64,000 bases of DNA from Patescibacteria group bacterium (GCA_038065235.1 JBBTRK010000016.1:11308-75307); one strand, 5' to 3'. Shown: positions 26,448-36,051, numbered from the stretch's first letter. The notes: generated from the sequence alone by a model not told the origin. Made by a program: numbers and translations.

Positions 26448-28805
26448 TTAACGCTTCTTGTATACTGTGAAATTCTTTACCTGCTGGATACGCTCATAAC
26501 GCATATCAGTGACTAGATTTTCAGCTGCTTCATGATTTCGCTGCCACTCGAGTGTTCCCACTTTGGCCATAAGAATAAAAATGTAATCTGCGTCCCCAAC
26601 GCCAAGTGGGAACTGGTATAGATACTGCCGGTGCGCAAGCTGAGCTCCAACGGTGTTTGTTGCAGATACGTGTGCAGAAACTGGTACTTTCACTACTTCC
26701 GCTCGAATAATTGGTGCTATTGATGAAGGCCAGTAAGGCCGCATATCCCGCGTTTGACTGTATGGCAACGGACTAAGCCGATATGACTCGAAACCTCCAA
26801 CAACAACTAAAAAAACTATTGCAACACCTTCAAACGAAATACGAATTACTCTACGCCCGTTACGATTCCACCATGGTCCAAACCGTCTTCTAAGTGCAGC
26901 CAAGCCGTAGACTGTTGCAATGAAAACAAACCCACCAATTGCTGATTGGTAGTGATAATTTATGAGTCGTGTTTCGATACGTTCGTTAAATAGGTTCACC
27001 ACATAGTCGGGCCAGGCCACAGCTAGCCAGAATGGGCTGGCGAGCGGCAATAAGCCAACTGAGCCAAGTTGCCCAGCGTACATATTCCGCGCTTGCTTTC
27101 CCAGGATTATAGATACTAAGAGTTTGGGATTTTGAATAACTGTCTGGCTAATTGCCCTCGGAGAATCTCCAAGGGTATCATAGAGAACGTTGTACTTACT
27201 GGGTTGATTCTGGCGCGCAGCAGGCATTATTGCAAAGTAGGTAAAACCAAAATAGATGACCGACAATGCAATGGTTGCAAGGGCAATTCGACGTACCTTC
27301 TGGTCTTTACGGTCTCGCCAGAGCATGAGTATGCCAAACGAAGCAAGCATGACAGGAAGCTCTTCTTTTGAAAGGGCAAAAAGAATAGCAAAAACTGTAA
27401 ACCAACGCCAACGCCTATCGACGTATGCCCAGGTAAAACCAATGGCAAATGTTGCTGTAAGGGTTAGCGCGTGGAAGTCGAACAAAACTGCTCGCTGCAA
27501 CGTTGGATAAAAAAGAAAGCTCAAGGCGAGTACGGCAGCCAACCATTCATGCCCGAGAATACGCTTCGCTAGCTTAAAAAGTAGCCAGCCCCCAAGTGCA
27601 ACCACTATTACCTGTGCGACGAGGAGCACGTTCGGACTTGCGTAGACCCAGTATATTGGCGCAAAGAGCACGAGCAGAATGTCGGCGTGATGGATGTACC
27701 TCGACGTAATGTTCATCCCGTACGGATTCGTGTATTCGAAGAAGCGACCGTGGCTCGTGTTCCATACAGTCTGGGTCATATTACCCAAGTCGAATCGGCT
27801 CGTAATAACCTTTGTCTGCATTACGATGGTAATTGCACAAAAATACCCAATAAACAGTACGATGGCTATGCTAACGACTGCTCGAGGAGTTCTAACCCAA
27901 CGCCAAACCCACAGGAGTCCTTGCCGAACGCTTCCCCAAGCAAAAACACCCACCCATAGGAGTTCTATACAAATAAGTGCTAAACGTGAGCTCGCAGCCA
28001 GAATAACCGCGCTGACCCCGACGAGAGGATTGAGCATTGCCACAATTGCTGCTTCACGGAAGCCAATACCACTTGGCGTAATGAAGCTGACATAACCAAT
28101 GAACCAGCTGAGCGGCATTGCTGCGAGAATTGCTATCGTTGCACTGGATGGGAGGGTAACGAGAGCCGCCACGCTAGCATAGCCACCTATACTAAAACCT
28201 ATCCAAGCAATGGAATAGAAGCAGAAAAGGTGTAAAAAAGCTCTCGGGGATATTTCCCAAGTAACCCGCTCGCGTTTGAACTTTTCTAATACCCAATTAA
28301 CGAATCTACCGAGATGTCGGATGCCAAGAGTGATACATATAATAAACATGACCCCAAGCGCGAGGATCACCTTCGTCCAGAGCGGGAGTTGGGGTGCGGC
28401 GAGTGCTAAGATGCCACCCAAAAACATTGCAGAAGTGAGCGTCGCGAGAACTTCAACGACTGTCGCGAAGAATCCGCGATCTGTGGGGACGCCAACATCA
28501 CGGCTCAAACCAACTCGCCCAATAATACTCCAAATGTTTCCCGGGACGTAGCGGGTAACTTCTGAAAGCAAGAGAATTCGTCCTGAAGTTAGAAAGGTTT
28601 GTGGATGCCCGATAACTTGAAGAATACGTTGCCATGCTAGTACACGAAATAGGAAAAACGCGCTAAAGCAAAGGATTGCGACTCCAACCCACTTCCAATC
28701 GAGTGTGTGCAGCGAGGGTTGGATGTTTGACCAACTCTGGGAAAGAACCTGTACAAAGTATGAAGCAACAACAAGAACAATCGCGGTAACGATGAAACGT
28801 TTCAT
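26448..28805 (-). CDS. Fusion of LPG_synthase_TM (flippase-like) domain and DUF2079 GT-C-like membrane glycosyltransferase
   Basis: N-half RYVPGNIW and ITPSGIGFREA; C-half FDLGNMTQTVWN, HHADILL, FDFHAL, LSKEE, YHY; start ATG 28805 (ORF open to 28850). Confidence 0.8.
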   Translation of the reverse strand: MKRFIVTAIVLVVASYFVQVLSQSWSNIQPSLHTLDWKWVGVAILCFSAFFLFRVLAWQRILQVIGHPQTFLTSGRILLLSEVTRYVPGNIWSIIGRVGLSRDVGVPTDRGFFATVVEVLATLTSAMFLGGILALAAPQLPLWTKVILALGVMFIICITLGIRHLGRFVNWVLEKFKRERVTWEISPRAFLHLFCFYSIAWIGFSIGGYASVAALVTLPSSATIAILAAMPLSWFIGYVSFITPSGIGFREAAIVAMLNPLVGVSAVILAASSRLALICIELLWVGVFAWGSVRQGLLWVWRWVRTPRAVVSIAIVLFIGYFCAITIVMQTKVITSRFDLGNMTQTVWNTSHGRFFEYTNPYGMNITSRYIHHADILLVLFAPIYWVYASPNVLLVAQVIVVALGGWLLFKLAKRILGHEWLAAVLALSFLFYPTLQRAVLFDFHALTLTATFAIGFTWAYVDRRWRWFTVFAILFALSKEELPVMLASFGILMLWRDRKDQKVRRIALATIALSVIYFGFTYFAIMPAARQNQPSKYNVLYDTLGDSPRAISQTVIQNPKLLVSIILGKQARNMYAGQLGSVGLLPLASPFWLAVAWPDYVVNLFNERIETRLINYHYQSAIGGFVFIATVYGLAALRRRFGPWWNRNGRRVIRISFEGVAIVFLVVVGGFESYRLSPLPYSQTRDMRPYWPSSIAPIIRAEVVKVPVSAHVSATNTVGAQLAHRQYLYQFPLGVGDADYIFILMAKVGTLEWQRNHEAAENLVTDMRYERIQQVKNFTVYKKR

Positions 28806-28818
28806 CCGTACGGAAAGT

Positions 28819-29772
28819 TTAGGCAAGCGGACCATCACCATTCCACTCACTTCGAATTGGCGGCTGTCGGTGTGCCATGCCCCGAACCAGAAGCTCAGCT
28901 AGTAAACCTGTTACGACAAGCTGCAAACCAACGAGCGTGAAGAAAATAGCAAACGTGAGCATCGGGCGTGTGCCAATTGCTTGATGACCAACGATTTTGA
29001 TGAATGCTAAGTACACCAAAAGAATAGTACCAATACCACCGACGGTGAGCCCAATGCCTCCGAAGAGATGCAGCGGACGTCGATTATACTTCGTGAGGAA
29101 GAATACAGTAAGTAGATCGAAGAACCCACGGAAGTAGCGTTTCCCACGGTATTTCGTTTCACCGTACTTTCTTTCACGTGTATGGGTTTGGACTTCAGCT
29201 ATGTGGAAACCCTGACTGGCAGCGAGGATAGGGATATAGCGGTGAAGTTCACCGTAAAGTTCAAGTGCCTGCGCTGCTTCGCGAGTATAAAGTTTTATTC
29301 CCGAATTGAAATCATGGAGTTGCAAACCCGAGAGTTTCCGTGTGACGAAATTGAAAAGCTTTGAGGGAAGACGCTTCTCGAGTGAATCTGGCCGGTCAAA
29401 CTTCCAGCCTGTCACAATGTCAACGTCCTGCTCAGTCATAGCGGCAAGTAATTTTGGGACTTCACCAGGATCGTTCTGGAGGTCAGCATCGAGCGTGACA
29501 ATTAGTTCACCTCGTGCTCGCTGAAACCCTGCATACAGTGCGGTGGCCTTGCCACTATTCCGTCGAAGTACAACTGGATGGACGCTACGATCTGTGTCAG
29601 CAATATTGTGTAAGAGTGCCCGTGTCCCATCCGTCGAGCCATCGTCAACGATGAGAATTTCGTAGGGTACACCAAGTGTTTTCCCAAGCTCGTGAAGTTC
29701 ACGAATGAGCTCGGGCAGACTTTCTCGCTCGTTGTATGCCGGACACACGAAAGAAACCGAACGTTGCGTCAT
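28819..29772 (-). CDS. GT2 polyprenol-phosphate glycosyltransferase (GtrB/ArnC/DPM-like)
   Basis: PAYNE, VDDGSTDGT, RNSGKATAL, LDADLQNDP, two C-terminal TM helices; start at ATG 29772. Confidence 0.93.
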   Translation of the reverse strand: MTQRSVSFVCPAYNERESLPELIRELHELGKTLGVPYEILIVDDGSTDGTRALLHNIADTDRSVHPVVLRRNSGKATALYAGFQRARGELIVTLDADLQNDPGEVPKLLAAMTEQDVDIVTGWKFDRPDSLEKRLPSKLFNFVTRKLSGLQLHDFNSGIKLYTREAAQALELYGELHRYIPILAASQGFHIAEVQTHTRERKYGETKYRGKRYFRGFFDLLTVFFLTKYNRRPLHLFGGIGLTVGGIGTILLVYLAFIKIVGHQAIGTRPMLTFAIFFTLVGLQLVVTGLLAELLVRGMAHRQPPIRSEWNGDGPLA

Positions 29773-29779
29773 ATTGGGG

Positions 29780-29808
29780 ATGCTAGCAGCTCTCTGGTGA
29801 CAGGACAA
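29780..29808 (-). promoter_or_regulatory. sigma70 promoter of GT2, leaderless geometry
   Basis: TTGTCC-17 nt-(TGc)TAGCAT, 7 nt before ATG 29772. Confidence 0.6.
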
Positions 29809-29816
29809 CCCTTAAA

Positions 29817-30572
29817 CTACGAGCGGCGCTGGTGGGCTTTGAAAGCAGCCTGCAGTTGTCGGGCGCCATCAATGAGTCGGGGTCCAGGACGATTGAGGTA
29901 GTTCTCTGGTAAATAAGCGTAGGCATTCTCCTGCAGCGCTCGTACGTTCAACCAGCCTGGGCGATTCCGAATTCGTTCGGCATCGAATAGCTCATCACGA
30001 TTGCACCAGTGAAAGACTAGGAAATCTGGATCGGCAGCTTGGATTTCATCAACAGCCATTGGTGTACTTGATTGCTCATGTTGCCCGCGAATCATTTTCC
30101 CACCCGCAATAGAGACGAGTTCCGGGACCCACTGTCCAGCTTGTGTCGGTGGGTTTGGCCACATTTCACAGTACACGAGGAGTTGCTGCGCTGGAGCATG
30201 GTTTCGAATATCCTCGAGTTGCTCTTGCATGGTGAAGACGAGTGCCTCAGCTGCCTGGTACCGCCCTACGGCTCGACCAAGGATGAGAATTGATTCCAGA
30301 ACACTACTCAGGCTGGTCGGCTCAAGGTGGAGCACCTCACCATGCCCAGTATATGTACGAAGACCTTCAGGGTTAAACGATGTTGTCACAATGAGGTCGG
30401 GCTGTACTGAATCGATTGTTGCGGGTTGCGCATGCAGCCACGTACCAAAGCGCTGCCGACGCAATGCATCTGCCGGGTAGTCGCAATTTTGTGTGACGCC
30501 AACAACATCATCCCCTGCGCCAATGGCAAAGAGAATCTCTGTTGAACTCGGGGAAAGCGAAATAATACGCAT
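29817..30572 (-). CDS. BtuF-like helical-backbone metal/cobalamin-binding protein without signal peptide
   Basis: RIISLSPSSTEILFAIG, VVGVTQNCDYP, LNRPGPRLIDG. Confidence 0.85.
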   Translation of the reverse strand: MRIISLSPSSTEILFAIGAGDDVVGVTQNCDYPADALRRQRFGTWLHAQPATIDSVQPDLIVTTSFNPEGLRTYTGHGEVLHLEPTSLSSVLESILILGRAVGRYQAAEALVFTMQEQLEDIRNHAPAQQLLVYCEMWPNPPTQAGQWVPELVSIAGGKMIRGQHEQSSTPMAVDEIQAADPDFLVFHWCNRDELFDAERIRNRPGWLNVRALQENAYAYLPENYLNRPGPRLIDGARQLQAAFKAHQRRS

Positions 30573-30614
30573 ACGCCCCTATAGCGTACCGCAGGATTCC
30601 ACTGAGGTCGAGTC

Positions 30615-32351
30615 CTAAAACTTCACGGTCTGCCCAAAGGAGAGTCGTTTTTCTGGTTTTGGCTTTTCTAGATCAGCGGATGGTGGTTTCACTGGCTCCT
30701 CAATCTTTGCTACAGGTGGTACCACTTGTCGAAATGGTTGCGGTGGTCGTTGTGTTGTAGCACGACGTTCATTCCCATACGCAGACTGGTTTGGTCGTGG
30801 GTAATTCGGTCGCTGCGTCGGCATTGGCCGGCGTTCTGGACCTGATGGAATATTTCGCCCATTCCCCTGAAAATTTTGTGATGGACGCTGGGCGAGGTCA
30901 GCTAACCGAATAGTTGGTTGCTGCTGCTCTGCGACAATAGGCTCGACAATGACGCTCTCTCGTTGAAAGAGGTCCTTGGGCGGACGGCGTTTCTTCCCTT
31001 CTGGCCGGTATATTGATTCTTCCTGTTGCACGGCGTTGTTCTCCTCCTCAGCAGATGCTCGGTAGACTTCCTCGACGCCGCTCCAGCGGAGGATTTTCTC
31101 CTCAACCTCAGTCCGCTTCTGCGCGTAGCGTTCACGTGAGGCAGCAATGACCTTCTCTCGGTTGTTCGTCGGTTGGAGCTCAAAGGGCGGCAGCGTCGTT
31201 GCGCTGAAAGGTTCAGAGGCTACACCATCAATCATGAGCTTCAGATATACTTCGTACTTGGGTAGGTTCACAAGATCCGTTTGCATGAATGTCGGTTCAA
31301 ATTCTTTCTCAAGGAATTCTGCATCTTCACCCCCAACGCGGAAAGCCATAATTGTTCCAACGTTCCCGAATACGGCCGGGGCAACTTCTTCACTCAGCTG
31401 CTCAATGTACTGATGGGCAATAATGAGGTCTAAGCGGTATTTTCGAGCTTCTGAGAGGATGCCCGCAAAACTCTCAGTGGCAAAGTTTTGAAACTCATCA
31501 ACGTACAAGAAGAAATCATTCCGTTGAGGTTCTGGCGTATCTACACGACTCATGGCCGCAAGCTGCAAGCGGGTAATCATCATTGCCCCAAGAAGTGAAG
31601 AATTATCTTCGCCTATGCGGCCCTTCGCCAAGTTGAGTAGCATGATCTTCTTGCTATCCATGATGCTCCGAAGGTCGATGGTGCTCTTCGGTTGGCCCAC
31701 GATGTTCCTGATAATTGCACTGGAGAGGAACTGTCCAACTTTATTCTGAATCGGTGCTACTGCCTCGTTTCGGAACTTATCATTGTAGTTCGCAAATTCA
31801 TCAACCCAAAAACCTTTAACAATTGGGTCAGTCACTTTCGTCAGCACCCGCGTTCGGTACCGGGGGTCAACGAGCATTCGCGCTATGCCAAGCATGGTTG
31901 AGCCTGGGTACTCAAGGAGAGCTAAGATGGTGTTATTCAAAATGTACTCCATGCGAGCGCTCCACACCCCTTCCCAAATCTTCGTGAATACACCCATTAG
32001 CCCCGAAGCTACTAGGTGTCGCTGGGTCGCATCGACTGCTTCGAGCACGTTGAATCCAATGGGGTACTCGTAGTCAGAGGGGTTAATGTACACAATATCA
32101 TTGATCCGGCTATTCGGGACGTACTCCAACATCTTCTCAACCAAATCACCGTGTGGGTCAACGAGGGCTATACCATGGCCAGCCTCCATGTCGTTCACAA
32201 TCATACGTTCCATTACTGTCGATTTACCCATACCGGTTTTCCCAACCAAGTACATGTGGCGGCGTCGATCGTCGAGTTTAATACCGAAACGTCGCCGTTG
32301 GCCACGGTAGTTCGTTTCGGCAAAGACGTTCATGGAGGCGGGATCGAACAT
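30615..32351 (-). CDS. VirD4/TraD/TrwB-like (type IV coupling protein / HerA-FtsK) ATPase
   Basis: DRRRHMYLVGKTGMGKST (Walker A), DPHGDL, LYVDEFQNF (Walker B), SEARKY, AHQYIEQL, FGNVGT; Pro/Gln-rich tail; start at ATG 32351. Confidence 0.9.
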   Translation of the reverse strand: MFDPASMNVFAETNYRGQRRRFGIKLDDRRRHMYLVGKTGMGKSTVMERMIVNDMEAGHGIALVDPHGDLVEKMLEYVPNSRINDIVYINPSDYEYPIGFNVLEAVDATQRHLVASGLMGVFTKIWEGVWSARMEYILNNTILALLEYPGSTMLGIARMLVDPRYRTRVLTKVTDPIVKGFWVDEFANYNDKFRNEAVAPIQNKVGQFLSSAIIRNIVGQPKSTIDLRSIMDSKKIMLLNLAKGRIGEDNSSLLGAMMITRLQLAAMSRVDTPEPQRNDFFLYVDEFQNFATESFAGILSEARKYRLDLIIAHQYIEQLSEEVAPAVFGNVGTIMAFRVGGEDAEFLEKEFEPTFMQTDLVNLPKYEVYLKLMIDGVASEPFSATTLPPFELQPTNNREKVIAASRERYAQKRTEVEEKILRWSGVEEVYRASAEEENNAVQQEESIYRPEGKKRRPPKDLFQRESVIVEPIVAEQQQPTIRLADLAQRPSQNFQGNGRNIPSGPERRPMPTQRPNYPRPNQSAYGNERRATTQRPPQPFRQVVPPVAKIEEPVKPPSADLEKPKPEKRLSFGQTVKF

Positions 32352-32352
32352 A

Positions 32353-33915
32353 CTATTCGACAAATGGGAGATTAACTGGAACTTGCGGTTCTGGTGGGTT
32401 TTCAGCTGCCGAAGCCGGTTGCTGTGCTTGGCCAATAGGTACTTGTGACGTCGGTTGCAATGGGGCTACGGGAATCATGGCTGGCGGCACTCCACGCTGC
32501 ACCCCCATGGTGCTACGGACGCGTTGGATTGGCAGCGGATTTTCGACTGGTAGGCTCGTGGGTGCTCCTGCGCGCTTCGTCTCTGTCTTTAGCACTTGTG
32601 CCGCCTTCACATCAATAGTGGGGAAGTGAAAAATCGTGGCCAATTCCTCCACGTTCAGGAAGAACGCTGAACGACCGCGCCAAATGGAGCGGTTCCGATA
32701 GTTGTAGAGGTTTCGTCGTTTCCGATCGAGTAAACGCATATTTTTAAACCAGATTACGTCTCCAGTTTTTGTCGCTTTACTCAAAGTAAAAAAGTTGGAA
32801 TCACTAATTGCAAACTGTTTCAACCAACCCAAGAAACCATTTGCCCCGCGCGCTTTGTTGAATGGCTTCAGCCCATCTGGCCCAATTGTTGTTTTTCCCC
32901 AGTAGATGTATCGCCCTTTCACCTTAAAAGCAACTTTACTCATTTTCATCTGCATTTGGGTAACCGTATCACGTTCCCCTGGGGATAAGTGGAGCATGAG
33001 TGATGGTGGGTCATCTCGCTTCTTCGTCTCCTTATCTGGTGTAAGCCCGAGAAGTGTTGCAGTAGCTGCTTCCCACGAATCTTTGACGATTGTTCCCCCA
33101 ATCCCAGAATTAAGAAGTCCGGCCTTAGATTTTACTTTCTTGCCAATAAGTTTGTTGACGAGTTGTTCGCCAGAATCTCGCCACTCGTCAGGAGGGAAAT
33201 CCTGACCAATTACGAACTGTGCCCACATTTGCTCGTCCGGACTCATGCGGCTCATTATTTCCATAAGTGACCCTATGGGGTCAATGAGTTTCTGGGAAAG
33301 TCCATGCTCGAAAAATGGATAGGTTCGAATTGGGTACGCTGAATGACGAAATAAGGTGAGCTGGGCAGACCAGCAATCCCATTCGGGATGGGGAAGCTCT
33401 CGTGGTTTTGGCATGAGGTCGACGTAGTCTTCAACTTCGGTTACCTCGGCATCGGGGTACTGGGCATAAATTGACGCTTCGATAATATCGCGCTGAATAA
33501 TCAGGCATCGGGCGAAGAACTGCACGTACCCACCAAGGCTTACAATTTCTATAGACATGCTCGGCGCGACGAAGCCGTAACTAAAAAATTCAGTGAAGGG
33601 TAAACCCCACTTCTCAGAAAATATTGGGCCTTTACCAATACCGGCAAAGTGCGCAAACATTTGTTCCGCCGCTTTCGGCGTCTGCTCTGAATTCTTAGGT
33701 ACATCAATAGCGAGTAGGACGTACTTCCCCTCATAGTACTTCATCACGTATCGAATTTGAATCCACTCGTGCCAGGTGTACTTCAACCCCACAAGGAAGG
33801 TGAAGACAATACCAAGCCACCCTCCATTACGGAAGATAAACCAGAACATCGTTGCCGGATTCTGCGCCGATGATTGGAAATCATAGACGAGAACCGAAAG
33901 ATCAATTACCGCCAT
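32353..33915 (-). CDS. Membrane-anchored hypothetical protein, partner of the VirD4-like ATPase
   Basis: N-terminal TM helix; LLAIDVPK, SIEIVS, YAQYPDAEV, YPIRTY, LNVEELATIFHFP; stop 1 nt before the ATPase start. Confidence 0.75.
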   Translation of the reverse strand: MAVIDLSVLVYDFQSSAQNPATMFWFIFRNGGWLGIVFTFLVGLKYTWHEWIQIRYVMKYYEGKYVLLAIDVPKNSEQTPKAAEQMFAHFAGIGKGPIFSEKWGLPFTEFFSYGFVAPSMSIEIVSLGGYVQFFARCLIIQRDIIEASIYAQYPDAEVTEVEDYVDLMPKPRELPHPEWDCWSAQLTLFRHSAYPIRTYPFFEHGLSQKLIDPIGSLMEIMSRMSPDEQMWAQFVIGQDFPPDEWRDSGEQLVNKLIGKKVKSKAGLLNSGIGGTIVKDSWEAATATLLGLTPDKETKKRDDPPSLMLHLSPGERDTVTQMQMKMSKVAFKVKGRYIYWGKTTIGPDGLKPFNKARGANGFLGWLKQFAISDSNFFTLSKATKTGDVIWFKNMRLLDRKRRNLYNYRNRSIWRGRSAFFLNVEELATIFHFPTIDVKAAQVLKTETKRAGAPTSLPVENPLPIQRVRSTMGVQRGVPPAMIPVAPLQPTSQVPIGQAQQPASAAENPPEPQVPVNLPFVE

Positions 33916-33929
33916 GGGAGAAAACGAGA

Positions 33930-35063
33930 TTACGCCAGAACGAGTGAGTACGTTCCGTCACTATTTCTTGTAAATTTTTTTCGATTGGTAAGGGCAAGGT
34001 GGATGGTGTTGCGCTTCACCATGCGCTGCTTAAGAACTTCACCCACGAGCTCATCCCGGGTGAGTGGATGCTGTTCACGCTTGAAAATTGCAATTAGAAT
34101 ATCTGCAACGACGCCTGGTTTATAGCCCCACTCTTTCAACGCGTATATTCCACGACCGACAAGTACGTACCGATCGTTCAGAATGAGCTCATTGTGCACT
34201 GTCGGCGGGTACGCTACCCGATGATCAAACTTCGTTTCATTAATTAGTTGGGTAATATCGTTGAAGTGTAATGGCTTCCCAGCTTTCTTTAGCACGAGGT
34301 ATATTTTGTCGCTCATCCTACGTGGCACAATCGTCCCCCACCCTGCTAGCCCGTACTCTTCATAGGGGTTCTTCGCAATTATTGTACTAACACCTATGTA
34401 GGATAGCACAGCTTCATCGGTGAGTTGGTACTGGTGCTCTGTACCGAATGAAGTTTTTCGTAATTGCTCGAGCACTTCTTTGACTGGGAGGGGTTTCCCA
34501 TTGGTTTCAAGAAGTTGGTGAACATTCCGGATGGTTTCATCAACCAAGTGGACTGGCGCTGTGGTAAGTTGCCAAGCGGGGAAGAATTCATCTGTCGATT
34601 GAAAATGCTTTACGCGATCCCGAAGCAAGAATTGCATGATGAAAAGTGTCGCTGCGCGAGGAGCTTGCGCATCATCAGACGTCCCGAGGAGTTGCGCGAG
34701 GAGAATATCTTCTCGCATGACCCCGCCGTGCTGGTCAAAAACAGCAGTTATTGCATCAACGATAGAGTTGATTGCATGGTGGGTGTCGTTGTACTTCCGC
34801 AGCTTCGCAATTGCCCCAGATTCAATCTGTCGAATACGTTCCCGGGTTACGTTATACTGGGCGCCAATATGCTCTAATGTTTCTGGAGCTTTTGCGTGCA
34901 AACCATGTCGCCGACGTAAAATTTCTTCTTCTCGTGAAGAAAGTATCTTGAGCAGATGCGAAAGCACATCGAGCGGGCTAAAGTGCTCAATATCATCGGT
35001 TTGCTTGCGATTCAACACCTGGTCGAGTATTGACCCTGTTTGAGAATCGGATTGATCTATCAT
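33930..35063 (-). CDS. Sigma-70 region-4 HTH plus HARE-HTH (RNAP delta-like) DNA-binding protein
   Basis: LSSREEEILRRRHGL...TLEHIGAQYNVTRERIRQIE; C-terminal YLVLKKAGKPLHFNDI...GRGIYALKEW; no sigma region 2. Confidence 0.85.
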   Translation of the reverse strand: MIDQSDSQTGSILDQVLNRKQTDDIEHFSPLDVLSHLLKILSSREEEILRRRHGLHAKAPETLEHIGAQYNVTRERIRQIESGAIAKLRKYNDTHHAINSIVDAITAVFDQHGGVMREDILLAQLLGTSDDAQAPRAATLFIMQFLLRDRVKHFQSTDEFFPAWQLTTAPVHLVDETIRNVHQLLETNGKPLPVKEVLEQLRKTSFGTEHQYQLTDEAVLSYIGVSTIIAKNPYEEYGLAGWGTIVPRRMSDKIYLVLKKAGKPLHFNDITQLINETKFDHRVAYPPTVHNELILNDRYVLVGRGIYALKEWGYKPGVVADILIAIFKREQHPLTRDELVGEVLKQRMVKRNTIHLALTNRKKFTRNSDGTYSLVLA

Positions 35064-35070
35064 GTAACAT

Positions 35071-35099
35071 AGTATAGCACTTATTTCTTACTGTGTCAA
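35071..35099 (-). promoter_or_regulatory. Near-consensus sigma70 promoter, leaderless geometry
   Basis: TTGACA-17 nt-(TGc)TATACT, 7 nt before ATG 35063. Confidence 0.8.
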
Positions 35100-35142
35100 G
35101 TTTTTTAGGCGCGTGTTAAAACCACTAACTTCGGGTGAGTTA

Positions 35143-36048
35143 CTAGACGACTCGCTTCTTCAACTTCCAGTTATGCCAAATAACGAGGAGCGGCGCAGCA
35201 ACGAATATTGATGAGTATGTTCCAGATGCAATGCCAATGAGGAGAGCAAGGACGAAGTTCCGTATCGTTTCCCCGCCAAATAGGAAAAGTGACGTGAGAA
35301 TAAGCAACGCTGTCATCGAAGTGTTTATAGAACGAATCATGGTTTGATTCAAGCTCTCATTCACAACATCTTCAAAGGTTTTCCCTGCTGCACTGATTAA
35401 ACGTTCACGTATACGGTCGTAGACAACAATGGTGTCATGTACCGAAAACCCTAAAACGGTGAGGAGTGCAGTTACGAAGAGCGCATCAATTTCTATACCG
35501 TAGAAGTGGCCGAATATTGCGAATACTCCAACAACCATAAACAAGTCATGGACGAGGGCAACAATAGCGCAGACCCCATACACCCATGAGGGAACCGGGC
35601 CAGAGGAAACACGACGGAATGCCCAGGTGATATACAAAACGATTATTAGTAAAACAATTGCCGTTGCAGTAATTGCCTTCCTTTTCAATTCATTCCCAAT
35701 GGTTGGGCCAATAGATTCAAAACTCTCTTGCACCGTTGTTACGTCTTTACTCTGGAGCTGTTCGAGAAATTTCGTACGTTGCTCATTCGACATAGCTTCG
35801 GTCCGTACAGTTAGACCATGATCGCCTGTTTCTTGCACAATAACGGATTGCAAGCCTGCCTGTGTCGCAACGTCTTGGACCACTTGTGCTGACGGTGGTG
35901 TACTTGCAAAATTTAGGCGAACCAGGCTGCCACCCGTGAAATCAATACCTAAGCGTAAGCCCCAGATGGCAAAGCCGACTATGCCTGGAATTAGGAGAAT
36001 AAGCGAAAGGCCAAAGAGGTAGTTACGTTTTTGGATGATTCGGTACAT
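35143..36048 (-). CDS. secF: Protein translocase subunit SecF
   Basis: LGIDFTGGS, SIGPTIG, GFSVHDTIVVYDRIRE, GTYSSIF. Confidence 0.97.
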   Translation of the reverse strand: MYRIIQKRNYLFGLSLILLIPGIVGFAIWGLRLGIDFTGGSLVRLNFASTPPSAQVVQDVATQAGLQSVIVQETGDHGLTVRTEAMSNEQRTKFLEQLQSKDVTTVQESFESIGPTIGNELKRKAITATAIVLLIIVLYITWAFRRVSSGPVPSWVYGVCAIVALVHDLFMVVGVFAIFGHFYGIEIDALFVTALLTVLGFSVHDTIVVYDRIRERLISAAGKTFEDVVNESLNQTMIRSINTSMTALLILTSLFLFGGETIRNFVLALLIGIASGTYSSIFVAAPLLVIWHNWKLKKRVV

Positions 36049-36051
36049 AAC

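Noticed and set aside
30615-33915. Integrative conjugative element
   Set aside because: No integrase, relaxase, VirB genes, att repeats or obvious compositional shift; flanked by housekeeping genes.
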